Positions 1 to 8,289 of a stretch of 64,000 nucleotides of DNA are shown piece by piece. Position 1 is the stretch's first letter. Each line of letters starts with the position of its first letter. Below the pieces are notes generated by a model. That model did no database searches. It had not been told where the DNA came from and saw only the letters and a program-made list of their open reading frames with translations. Both the position numbers and the translations under genes were made by a program. Origin of the DNA: a virus. Location: the IMG/VR virus record IMGVR_UViG_3300043811_000226; one strand, given 5' to 3'.

Positions 1-75
1 TCATTCGGTCGGTTCTGAAAGCAGCGGGCCACGCCATCGCACACTTCTTCGATTCCCGGAGGATCAAGGAGAAGA

Positions 76-1851
76 ATGGACCTTCTAATCCGTAAGCCGG
101 ACACCGGCTACCTCGACAGCATGCTCTGGGTGCCGAAGTCGGCCATCAACGTGGAAGGAACCAAGCGCGCGCTGACCTTCCAGTTCTTCGAGCAGAAGAA
201 GATGGTAGTGCTCTGCCTCTACAAGGAGACAGGGCATCACCTTCTAGTGCCGCGGGAGTTCTGGAAGCCGAGCGACTTCCAGTTCTCGGTCATCGACTGC
301 AGGCCGCGGCTGTACGAGAAGGTCGACATCCACAGCCGCATACAGCTCGACCACACGCTAGAAAACGGCGTGCTGGTACCTACAGGAGAGAGCGTGCAGC
401 AGGAGGCCCTCGGGTCCCTGCTGCGCTCTCGCGGTGGCATCCTTCAACTCGCCTGCGGCAAAGGCAAGACCGTCGTCGCACTCGAGTACATCGCCCGACG
501 TGGCGTTCCAACCATCATCATCCTGGACACAACCCAGCTGATGAAGCAGTGGAAGGAGGCCATCGAGCAGTTCCTCGATGTGCCGGGAGGCGTAGGCCTC
601 ATCCAAGGACCCAAGAGGGACTGGAAGAAGTCCATCGTTCTGGCGACGTACCACTCACTCGCAGAGTGGGCGCCCACAATGCCCGAAGAAGTGCGCCGAT
701 GGTTCGGCGTAGCGGTGTGGGACGAAGCGCATCACGTCGCGGCTCCAAAGTTCTCACGAACCGCCGATCTTTTTTACGGTGCGCGGATAGGGCTCACCGC
801 CACCCCCGACCGAGACGACGGCATGCACGTCGTCTACAACTTCCACCTGGGGCCCGTCTTCTACAAGAACCTCGATCAGGACTTGAAGCCGCGCATCTAC
901 TTCGTCTGGACTGGTGTCGGCCTCAACATGGAAGATCCCCACGTGCAGCTGGCGGTCAACGACGTAAACGGGGAGCTGCACATCGGCAAGGTGGCGAGCC
1001 ACCTCGGTGCGCAGCCCTCCCGCGTCGACTTCGTTCTGGACCAGGTGCGACAGGCCATCGCCAACGACCGCAAGGTCATTGTTCTCTCCAAGAGCGTCGA
1101 CGCGCTAGTGAACATGCTGGCCGGGTGGAACAACTACTCCCACCTCATCACTGACATCCCCTTCCCAGCAGCGTCGGACGTAGGGGAGACAGTGCCTCCT
1201 ATCGAGCTCTCCGACGCCCAAATCGCGAAGCTTCTACGCGAATACCACATTACCCAAGCCAACCTGCTCAAGATGCCGTCCAACTTCCAGGCGGAGCAGG
1301 CCAAACTGGCGCTCATCCAGCAGGCGCTCGAGGGGCACCGCGTGTACAAGAAGTGCGAGTCTTTGTGGAACAAGACCCGTGCGGACTACTTGAAGGACCT
1401 CCTGGCGGTGGGAGGTACCGCAGGGCTGATGATCCACAAAGTGGACGCGGACGAGCGAACTAGGATGCTGCGCTCGTGCCAGGTCACCTTCGCCATCGCG
1501 AAGTACGGTCGAGAGGGTCTGGATGAACCCAACCTCGACACCATCATCGTCAACGAGCCGCTCTCCAGCAAAAACTCGCTGCAGCAACTTCTCGGTCGCA
1601 TCCTGAGGCGAAGGCGGGGTAAGAAGGAGCCTGTCGCCGTCTTCCTCGAGGACAACATCGGGCCGTTCATTGGCATGTGCCAGAAGCTCCGGCGTCACCT
1701 GACAGAGTGGTCCCACGACGAAGGTGGACCCTTCGAGTACGAGAACATCGGGCACACAACCATCTCACGTAGAAAGAGTCCCTCATGGAAAACCACGACG
1801 AGCAGCACGTTCACGAACAGGACGACCACGATTCGGGCACCTGGGTCCTGA
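76..1851 (+). CDS. Superfamily 2 (DEAD/DEAH-like, UvsW/Res-type) helicase
   Basis: Motif I LACGKGKT, motif II DEAHH, motif III GLTATP, motif V EGLD, motif VI QQLLGRILR; RBS AGGAG upstream. Confidence 0.93.
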   Translation: MDLLIRKPDTGYLDSMLWVPKSAINVEGTKRALTFQFFEQKKMVVLCLYKETGHHLLVPREFWKPSDFQFSVIDCRPRLYEKVDIHSRIQLDHTLENGVLVPTGESVQQEALGSLLRSRGGILQLACGKGKTVVALEYIARRGVPTIIILDTTQLMKQWKEAIEQFLDVPGGVGLIQGPKRDWKKSIVLATYHSLAEWAPTMPEEVRRWFGVAVWDEAHHVAAPKFSRTADLFYGARIGLTATPDRDDGMHVVYNFHLGPVFYKNLDQDLKPRIYFVWTGVGLNMEDPHVQLAVNDVNGELHIGKVASHLGAQPSRVDFVLDQVRQAIANDRKVIVLSKSVDALVNMLAGWNNYSHLITDIPFPAASDVGETVPPIELSDAQIAKLLREYHITQANLLKMPSNFQAEQAKLALIQQALEGHRVYKKCESLWNKTRADYLKDLLAVGGTAGLMIHKVDADERTRMLRSCQVTFAIAKYGREGLDEPNLDTIIVNEPLSSKNSLQQLLGRILRRRRGKKEPVAVFLEDNIGPFIGMCQKLRRHLTEWSHDEGGPFEYENIGHTTISRRKSPSWKTTTSSTFTNRTTTIRAPGS

Positions 1852-2330
1852 TTACGACGGGTCCGGGACGCGTCATCGGACTGGTGTGGGGCCTGAACAT
1901 GATGCCCATCAGTGAGCTCTACGACAGCAGTAACGTCAAGGAGGTGCCCGTCGCGGACGTGGTGCGCGCGGACATCGTCACACTGATGCCGACCTATGAC
2001 TTCTTCGCGCCTCTACGGCAAGTGCAAGCGCAAGGTCCCGACGGGAAACCAATGATGGGCATGACGCGAGACCCGCTCATCACAGCGCGCGACTTCACAA
2101 GCAAGCCATACAAGACCCACATCAAGAACGGACCGGGCGTCTTGTTCGACTTCTTCAGCCAGATGGACGCCGAGGATCGAAAGATCTACCGGGGCTTCGT
2201 TGCGCAAGCGCGTGAGCACGCGAAGGACAAGTACGATCAGATGACAAAGGCACAGAACGGTCCGCGCGTGGAACTCGCAGATGCCTCTGCTCTCTCCGCC
2301 ATCGCACGTGCCCATGGACGTCGCGGTTAG
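1785..2330 (+). CDS. Hypothetical protein
   Basis: 181-aa ORF with typical codon usage filling the gap between helicase and UDG. Confidence 0.75.
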   Translation: MENHDEQHVHEQDDHDSGTWVLITTGPGRVIGLVWGLNMMPISELYDSSNVKEVPVADVVRADIVTLMPTYDFFAPLRQVQAQGPDGKPMMGMTRDPLITARDFTSKPYKTHIKNGPGVLFDFFSQMDAEDRKIYRGFVAQAREHAKDKYDQMTKAQNGPRVELADASALSAIARAHGRRG

Positions 2331-3201
2331 ACCTGACGCACGAAAGACACTTCCGGAGCTGCGTGAGGAATGGCGCAGCTGCGTGAAGTGCACGCTGGGG
2401 GAACGCCGACTCAATGTCGGGGGGCAGTTTGTCTTCGGCCAGGGCGTGACCAACAGCATCATGCTCATCGGAGAAGGTCCGGGAGTAGAAGAAGAACAGG
2501 AAGGCACGCCGTTCGTCGGAAAGAGTGGCACGCTGCTGCGTCGCATCCTCGAACGTATCGGGATGGATGAGGTCTACATCACCAACCTCGTGGCGTGCCG
2601 CTCGTGCGTCCCGCAGGTAGACGGCTCAGGGCAGCCCGTCTTCCGAAAGAATTACCAGACCAAGCAGATGGAGCCGGCGTACAAAGACGAGCCTCCTACA
2701 CCGCCGGAGTACCTCGCTTGTGCACCTCGTCTCTACGAGGAGATTTATCTCGTCGACCCCATCGTTATCGTCGGGCTCGGCGGCAAAGCCTGCGAGGCGC
2801 TGCTCGGCAAACCTATCACCATCACAAGGGATCGCGGCGACACGCACCAGATCTCCATTCCCGGGGCGAGCTTCACACCCAACCTGACCGATAAGAAGCA
2901 GGAGTGGGCCCGCAAGACCAAGCAGGGACTGGTAACGCCGACGAACCAGAACCTCGTCAGGTACCACTTCATACCGACATTGCACCCGGCCTACGTCATC
3001 CGCAAACTGGAAGACCAATCGCCCGACAGTCCGTTCCGACAGCTCGTCAGTGACCTGCGAAAAGCACTGAAGACCTACGAGACGTACCGCGAGCTGGTCT
3101 ACGGCATCGTGCCGACCCAGCGCGCGGACGATGGAAGCGATAGCGCCGACCAGGCGCTACACAGCCAGCTTCGAAGCGAAGACGAAGGACAACAGGAGTA
3201 G
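2314..3201 (+). CDS. udg: Uracil-DNA glycosylase, family 4 (Fe-S type)
   Basis: CxxC at N-terminus, IGEGPGxEE, PFVGKSG, YITNLVACR, HPAY motifs; two insertions. Start 2314 or 2281. Confidence 0.92.
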   Translation: MDVAVRPDARKTLPELREEWRSCVKCTLGERRLNVGGQFVFGQGVTNSIMLIGEGPGVEEEQEGTPFVGKSGTLLRRILERIGMDEVYITNLVACRSCVPQVDGSGQPVFRKNYQTKQMEPAYKDEPPTPPEYLACAPRLYEEIYLVDPIVIVGLGGKACEALLGKPITITRDRGDTHQISIPGASFTPNLTDKKQEWARKTKQGLVTPTNQNLVRYHFIPTLHPAYVIRKLEDQSPDSPFRQLVSDLRKALKTYETYRELVYGIVPTQRADDGSDSADQALHSQLRSEDEGQQE

Positions 3202-3203
3202 CC

Positions 3204-3641
3204 ATGCAGAAAAAGACAGCGCCGCGCAGAGAGCCGGTGGAAGTACCCGAAGTCGTCGAGTTCCTCGACGCGCAGGACGCTATCCAGGCCTTCAAAACCG
3301 AACACGCAGAAGTGTTCGACCAACTGGCGCAGCTCGTCGAACGCTACAACACCGCGCTCGAACAGGCAGACAAGGCCTGTCGCTCTAAGGAGGTCAGCTG
3401 CGGACCGTTCGATCTCTACCAGTTCACGACCAAGTACAACGCCGAGGCGCTCTTCAACGCCGTCGGCCGGGACAACTTCCTGACAATGGGAGGGAAGATG
3501 GAGACCATCACGCAGTTCTCCGTCGACCGAGGTCGCCTCGAAGCCTGCATCGCGCAAGGCAAGCTCCCCAACGACGTCGTCGAGCACGTGCGCAAGGAGA
3601 CCCCGAACTTCCACAAGCCCGATCCGCTGGTGGTGCCGTGA
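3204..3641 (+). CDS. Hypothetical protein (coiled-coil N-terminus; weak resemblance to Gam/Gp157-like DNA-end-binding proteins)
   Basis: 145-aa ORF, helical; family resemblance is impression only. Confidence 0.6.
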   Translation: MQKKTAPRREPVEVPEVVEFLDAQDAIQAFKTEHAEVFDQLAQLVERYNTALEQADKACRSKEVSCGPFDLYQFTTKYNAEALFNAVGRDNFLTMGGKMETITQFSVDRGRLEACIAQGKLPNDVVEHVRKETPNFHKPDPLVVP

Positions 3642-3925
3642 GCTCTGCGCGCGTAGAAACGGAAGACGCCAACGGTGACAAGCGCGTGCTCAAGAAAGAG
3701 ACGAGCCCTCCCATGGACTTCTGGAATCCCGGTCCGCACCCACACGCCCGTGTCGGTATGCAGGTCGGCACGCAACAGAACTTTGGCGAGGTCAAGATCA
3801 CGGCCTACGTCGAGATGGAGTGCAACCAGGACGCCAAGTCCATCGACGAAGCAGGTCTGGCCGCGTTCACCAAGGCCGTCGAGTTCATGAACGACGGCCT
3901 ATCGCTGCTCGCAGCAGGAAAGTAG
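3638..3925 (+). CDS. Hypothetical protein
   Basis: GTGA overlap with upstream stop; typical codon usage. Confidence 0.7.
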   Translation: MSSARVETEDANGDKRVLKKETSPPMDFWNPGPHPHARVGMQVGTQQNFGEVKITAYVEMECNQDAKSIDEAGLAAFTKAVEFMNDGLSLLAAGK

Positions 3926-3932
3926 AAGTCAC

Positions 3933-4265
3933 ATGATTCGAGGCAACGCGCGGTTCGACGGTGTGGCTGTGCTCGAGGGAAGCTTCAGCTTCCTCGGAGC
4001 AAGCAACGGTCTCGAAGGAAAGGCCGCCTTCGTGAACTCAAAGACCGGAGACACGCACGGCTGGACCACGAACAAACAGTGGTCGCCTCAAGTGCTTGAA
4101 AAGCTGAAGGAGCTTCGGGCGCTGATGGAGGTTGACCTAGGTCAGCTCCACCTCGAAGGAGGCGGGGAGGTGCTCGTAGCCCCCACGGGAGCGGGCACCG
4201 TGCTCTCTGAAAGCAGGGGTACGGGGGGTCTAGGGGAGCACTTGGAACGCGTGCCCTCGGTCTGA
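3933..4265 (+). CDS. Hypothetical protein
   Basis: 110-aa ORF directly after the previous gene. Confidence 0.7.
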   Translation: MIRGNARFDGVAVLEGSFSFLGASNGLEGKAAFVNSKTGDTHGWTTNKQWSPQVLEKLKELRALMEVDLGQLHLEGGGEVLVAPTGAGTVLSESRGTGGLGEHLERVPSV

Positions 4266-4278
4266 CCCACCACAACAT

Positions 4279-4307
4279 CTTGGGGGCTTTTTCCTCCTAC
4301 CCCCAAG
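4279..4307. other. Intergenic hairpin CTTGGGGG-(13 nt)-CCCCCAAG
   Basis: Perfect 8-bp inverted repeat at 4279-4286 and 4300-4307, upstream of the helicase-primase genes. Confidence 0.6.
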
Positions 4308-4406
4308 CCATAGTTGCGCACGATGGACGTGTTGACGCTCTCCACCGAGGAGGGCATGTTGACCGTCCGTCGTGCGCGGCGAAGAGCAAACTTTTAGCCT
4401 CTCGTT

Positions 4407-4414
4407 GGCATAAG
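4407..4414 (+). promoter_or_regulatory. GGCATAAG motif (candidate phage promoter element)
   Basis: Intergenic, 36 nt before the dnaB ATG; same GGNATAAG core recurs upstream of several other genes. Confidence 0.45.
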
Positions 4415-4449
4415 GCAGTTGCTCTACCCGTACGTCCCAGGGAGGAAGA

Positions 4450-5895
4450 ATGTCCTGCCAATTGGCCATCTGCGCACGCGTCGTAAAGACGGGCAACATC
4501 GCCCCCGTCCTCAACTACGGCCTGACACTCGACGACTTCACGCAAACCGAGGCCAAGAACTTCTGGAACTTGATCCTCACGTACTTCTTGCAGCAGGAGA
4601 CGGCTGGCGCCGTCCTCGACAAGAACGTCTTGCAAGCCTGGCTTCCAACACTCGTCGTCTCCGACGACTACCCGGGCATGAGCCTCGAGGCGCTCTGCTA
4701 CGAGGTGCGCCGCCAACGCATCGTCACCATGGCCAACGAAGCCGCCGTGAAGTGCGCTGAGCTAATCATGGTGCCGACGCAGAACCCGACGGTGCCACTC
4801 GCCATCCTGCACAAGAACATCTCGGACCTCATCGCGCTCGGTACAGCTGCCAACACCGACGTCACCTTGAAGCAGGGCATCACAGGCATCATGCGCAAGA
4901 TCGAGCTTGCGCGCCGCGGTGAGAACTTCGCCGTTGCCAACTGGCCCTGGGCTGTCTTGAACAACGTCACCTTCGGCCTGCAGCCTGACGACTACGTCAT
5001 CTTCTATGGCAGACCCAAGTCGATGAAAAGCTGGGTGCTCGCCTACTTGCTCTCCTGGTTCTTCAACGAGAACAAGAAAGTGCTGGTCTACACGAAGGAG
5101 ATGACGCCCGACAACGTGTACATGCGCGCCATCGCCTGCATCTGCAAGCTGGCCTACAGCAATCTGCGCGAAGCCACCTCGCCCATCGGCAAGCAGCTGA
5201 CTCCAGAAGAAGAGTTCCGGCTCATCGAGCTTGAGGACAACATCGGCAGCGACCCGTACTACTCGGACCGGCTCACGGTACTGAGCGGTCGCGACGTCCC
5301 CGCCGGCGGGGACAACGTGGCCTGGTTGAACAGCAAGATCGACCAATACAAGCCCGAGCTCCTGGTTGTCGACGGCCTCTACCTCTTGAAGGACCAGAAC
5401 AAGGCACAGAGCGACCACGTACGCGTAATGAACATCTCCCGTGACCTTCGGCAGATGAACCTGCACACCGGGGTGCCCATCATCGCCACGATGCAGGCCA
5501 ACCGAAAAGCAGCAGGTCACAACGACGCAAACCTGGACGAGATTGCGTACTCCGACGCGCTCGCGCAAGACGCCACCATCGCCGCACGCGTCATCAACGA
5601 CAAAGTCTCGCCGACCATCAGCATCGTCATCGGCGGCAGCCGGGAGTTCAAGCTGCACGGCTTTCGCATCAACGCTGTGCCCGCCGTGGACTTCTCTTAC
5701 CACTCGACGCTGACCGAGAAGGACATCGAGAAGGCCAAAGAAGGCGACGTCAGCGAAGTCGAGGAGAAGAACGGCAAGGCTAAGAGCAAAGACAAGGAGA
5801 CAGTACGAGCTCCAAACCGAACACCCAAAACCAACACTGACAACCACGTCAACGTCGATAGCCAGATAAACACTGCGCTCAAGAACCTCGCTTAG
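4450..5895 (+). CDS. dnaB: DnaB-like replicative helicase
   Basis: Variant Walker A GRPKSMKS, Walker B LLVVDGLYL, MQANR motif, SDALAQDA; adjacent to primase; RBS GGAGG. Confidence 0.85.
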   Translation: MSCQLAICARVVKTGNIAPVLNYGLTLDDFTQTEAKNFWNLILTYFLQQETAGAVLDKNVLQAWLPTLVVSDDYPGMSLEALCYEVRRQRIVTMANEAAVKCAELIMVPTQNPTVPLAILHKNISDLIALGTAANTDVTLKQGITGIMRKIELARRGENFAVANWPWAVLNNVTFGLQPDDYVIFYGRPKSMKSWVLAYLLSWFFNENKKVLVYTKEMTPDNVYMRAIACICKLAYSNLREATSPIGKQLTPEEEFRLIELEDNIGSDPYYSDRLTVLSGRDVPAGGDNVAWLNSKIDQYKPELLVVDGLYLLKDQNKAQSDHVRVMNISRDLRQMNLHTGVPIIATMQANRKAAGHNDANLDEIAYSDALAQDATIAARVINDKVSPTISIVIGGSREFKLHGFRINAVPAVDFSYHSTLTEKDIEKAKEGDVSEVEEKNGKAKSKDKETVRAPNRTPKTNTDNHVNVDSQINTALKNLA

Positions 5896-5903
5896 GAAAG
5901 AAG

Positions 5904-6902
5904 ATGAGCGACGACATCCTGCAGATCGCCCACCAGCACCTGCGCAAGGTGAAGAAGTCGGGCAACGAAGACATCATGGCCGTCTGTCCGTTTCACCGGA
6001 AGATGGACGGCACCGAAGAGAAGAACCCATCCTTCTCCATGAACGTGTTCAGCGGGTTGTGGTACTGCCACTCGTGCCACGCGCGAGGGAACCTGTACTC
6101 GTTTCTTCGAGACGTGGGCCTGCCTCGCGGCGAGATCGAGATGCTCTACAAGGGCATCATCGAAGAGGCTGAGAAGTACGCACCGAAGAAGTACGACCCC
6201 CTCAACGTCACCGAACCCACGACCGACGTACTCCCAGAGAGCTTCCTCGGACTGTTCGATCAGTGCCCTGTGCAGCTACTTGAAGAAGGCTACCCCGAAG
6301 ACCTTCTGCGCAAGTTCGACGTAGGCTACGACGCTGTACACAACCGCATCACCTTTCCCCTGCGGGACTGGCGTGGGCGGCTGATAGGCATCAGTGGACG
6401 GGCCACGCGAGAAGATCAGAACCCGCGCTACAAGGTCTACGACTGGGAGTACAAAGACTACGGGATGCCAGAGAGAGCTACCCAGAAGCGGGCCCTTCTC
6501 TGGAACGCGCACAAAGTCCTGCCGCAACTTCTCTTCACCACTAGCCTGGCCGACCGGTACGTCGTCCTCTCCGAGGGCTTCAAGGCCGTCATGCGAATCA
6601 CCCAAGCCGGTATAAGCAATGTGGTCGGCCTACTCGGCTCCTACATGTCCAAGGAGCAGCAGCAGCTCATCGAGAACATGGGCTGCACCGTCATCCTCAT
6701 GCTCGACAACAACGACGCCGGTCAGCGCGGACAACTTGATGCTGGCCTTCGTCTCGTGAAAACAGTAGAACGTCTGTACGTCGCCACGTACGACGGCAGC
6801 CAGCCAAGCGAGTTACAACTTCCAGCCATCACCGATTCTCTCCTCGGAGCGCAGTCCTTTCAGCGTTGGTTCGTACAGCAATCCACCCTACAGCCATCCT
6901 AA
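5904..6902 (+). CDS. dnaG: DNA primase (CHC2 Zn finger + TOPRIM)
   Basis: CPFH...CHSC zinc finger, ITFPLRD, EGFKAV, LMLDNNDAG TOPRIM acidic motif. Confidence 0.92.
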   Translation: MSDDILQIAHQHLRKVKKSGNEDIMAVCPFHRKMDGTEEKNPSFSMNVFSGLWYCHSCHARGNLYSFLRDVGLPRGEIEMLYKGIIEEAEKYAPKKYDPLNVTEPTTDVLPESFLGLFDQCPVQLLEEGYPEDLLRKFDVGYDAVHNRITFPLRDWRGRLIGISGRATREDQNPRYKVYDWEYKDYGMPERATQKRALLWNAHKVLPQLLFTTSLADRYVVLSEGFKAVMRITQAGISNVVGLLGSYMSKEQQQLIENMGCTVILMLDNNDAGQRGQLDAGLRLVKTVERLYVATYDGSQPSELQLPAITDSLLGAQSFQRWFVQQSTLQPS

Positions 6903-6915
6903 GTAAGAGGTTCCC

Positions 6916-8226
6916 ATGGCCTTCGGCAAAGACGCACGCACACTGAACGCAGTCAGTGCGTTCGGTTCTCTTCGGCAGCAAACCGCAGCAGCCACCAAGC
7001 AAGCCGGCAAACGAGCAAGTAGGGGCGGTCCGCCTTACTTCGTCGACATGTATCAGCCCAGCATGACGGACATCGACACGATCCGTCTCGTACCTGGCGA
7101 GTACCTGCAGGACTACATTGAGGGAGAAGGGGACAACGCCCAGCTCGTGCAGAAGCTCGCGACCTTCGTCAAATTCGTCGACCATTTTGACGGACACATG
7201 CAGCGCGGCGCCATCTGCAGCGCAGGAGCCTGGGCCAACGACAGAAACAAGCGCTCCCCCTGTTACGGATGCGACATCTACTGGGAGACGGCGGCGCGCA
7301 ACACCGAAGGTCGTTTCACCTCGACGCGCATCAGCAGGCAAAACAAGTACGCGTTCTGCGTCTTCGACTACGCCCGCTACCACAAGATGGAGCAGATCTA
7401 CCGGTCGAACGGCCAGGTGCGAAGAGACAACAAGGGCCAACCCTTCTACAACTGGGTCAAGTGCCAAGGCCAAGGCTGCGACGCGTGCCGCGCACCCAAC
7501 ATCGAGACCAAGCAGGGCAACATGAGCCACTGGCCCATGAATTACACCCAGCTGCAGGTTCTGCGCGCTGCCGAAACGAACATCGGCAAGTCCTGCACGA
7601 CGTGCGGGTCGGTCAACAGCATCAACAGCATGGCCTGGCTCTGCTCGAATTGTAAGGAGTGCGCCATCGACATGGCGACGACGCACCTGAAGAAGGACGA
7701 GCTCCTGCAGATCACCGACAACCTCTGCCAGTGCGCCTCGTGTGGGCAGCAGGTTCTTCTGACTGAGGTCTACGAGTGCAGCGTCTGCGCCCAACGCGGG
7801 CAGCAGGGAGTGCGCGCCACGCTCTTCGACGTCGACTTGCAGGTGCAGCTCATTCCGATGCCCAACGACCAGAAGAACCTGCAGATCTCAGGCTGGTCGC
7901 AACCATACCCGATCCCGGCGCAGTTCGCCGAAGCGGCCAAGCCCCTCGACCTCGTGGCGAAGTACAAGCCGGACTCGCTCGAGTACCAGGCTTCTCGTTT
8001 CGGCATCAAGGTCAATGCGCCTGCCCCCGGTGCCACCGCTCCACAGCGGCAGCCGCAGACAGGCCCACAGCAGGGGTACCAGCAACCTCCGATGCAACAA
8101 GCCCCTCAGGGCTATGCGCCGCAGCCACAGCAAGGCTACACCCCGCCGCAGTACCAGCCTCCGATGCAGCAAGCTCCCGCACGCCCCTACCAGGTTCCGT
8201 ACGGGAACAAGCCTGCCGGGCAGTAG
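6916..8226 (+). CDS. Putative single-stranded DNA-binding protein (gp32-like) with multiple Cys pairs and P/Q/Y-rich tail
   Basis: Position between primase and polymerase; aromatic-rich core; at least six CxxC-type motifs; low-complexity C-terminus; followed by its own terminator. Confidence 0.6.
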   Translation: MAFGKDARTLNAVSAFGSLRQQTAAATKQAGKRASRGGPPYFVDMYQPSMTDIDTIRLVPGEYLQDYIEGEGDNAQLVQKLATFVKFVDHFDGHMQRGAICSAGAWANDRNKRSPCYGCDIYWETAARNTEGRFTSTRISRQNKYAFCVFDYARYHKMEQIYRSNGQVRRDNKGQPFYNWVKCQGQGCDACRAPNIETKQGNMSHWPMNYTQLQVLRAAETNIGKSCTTCGSVNSINSMAWLCSNCKECAIDMATTHLKKDELLQITDNLCQCASCGQQVLLTEVYECSVCAQRGQQGVRATLFDVDLQVQLIPMPNDQKNLQISGWSQPYPIPAQFAEAAKPLDLVAKYKPDSLEYQASRFGIKVNAPAPGATAPQRQPQTGPQQGYQQPPMQQAPQGYAPQPQQGYTPPQYQPPMQQAPARPYQVPYGNKPAGQ

Positions 8227-8235
8227 CCCGTCTCT

Positions 8236-8273
8236 AGCCCCCCACCCGTGTGGTGGGGGGCTTCTTGTTTTCT
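8236..8273 (+). terminator. Rho-independent terminator
   Basis: 11-bp perfect stem AGCCCCCCACC/GGTGGGGGGCT followed by TCTTGTTTTCT. Confidence 0.85.
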
Positions 8274-8289
8274 TACGGAGGTCACGCCT

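Noticed and set aside
4405-4424. Sigma-54 promoter (TGGCA...TTGC)
   Set aside because: GG-to-GC spacing is 12 nt rather than the required 10.
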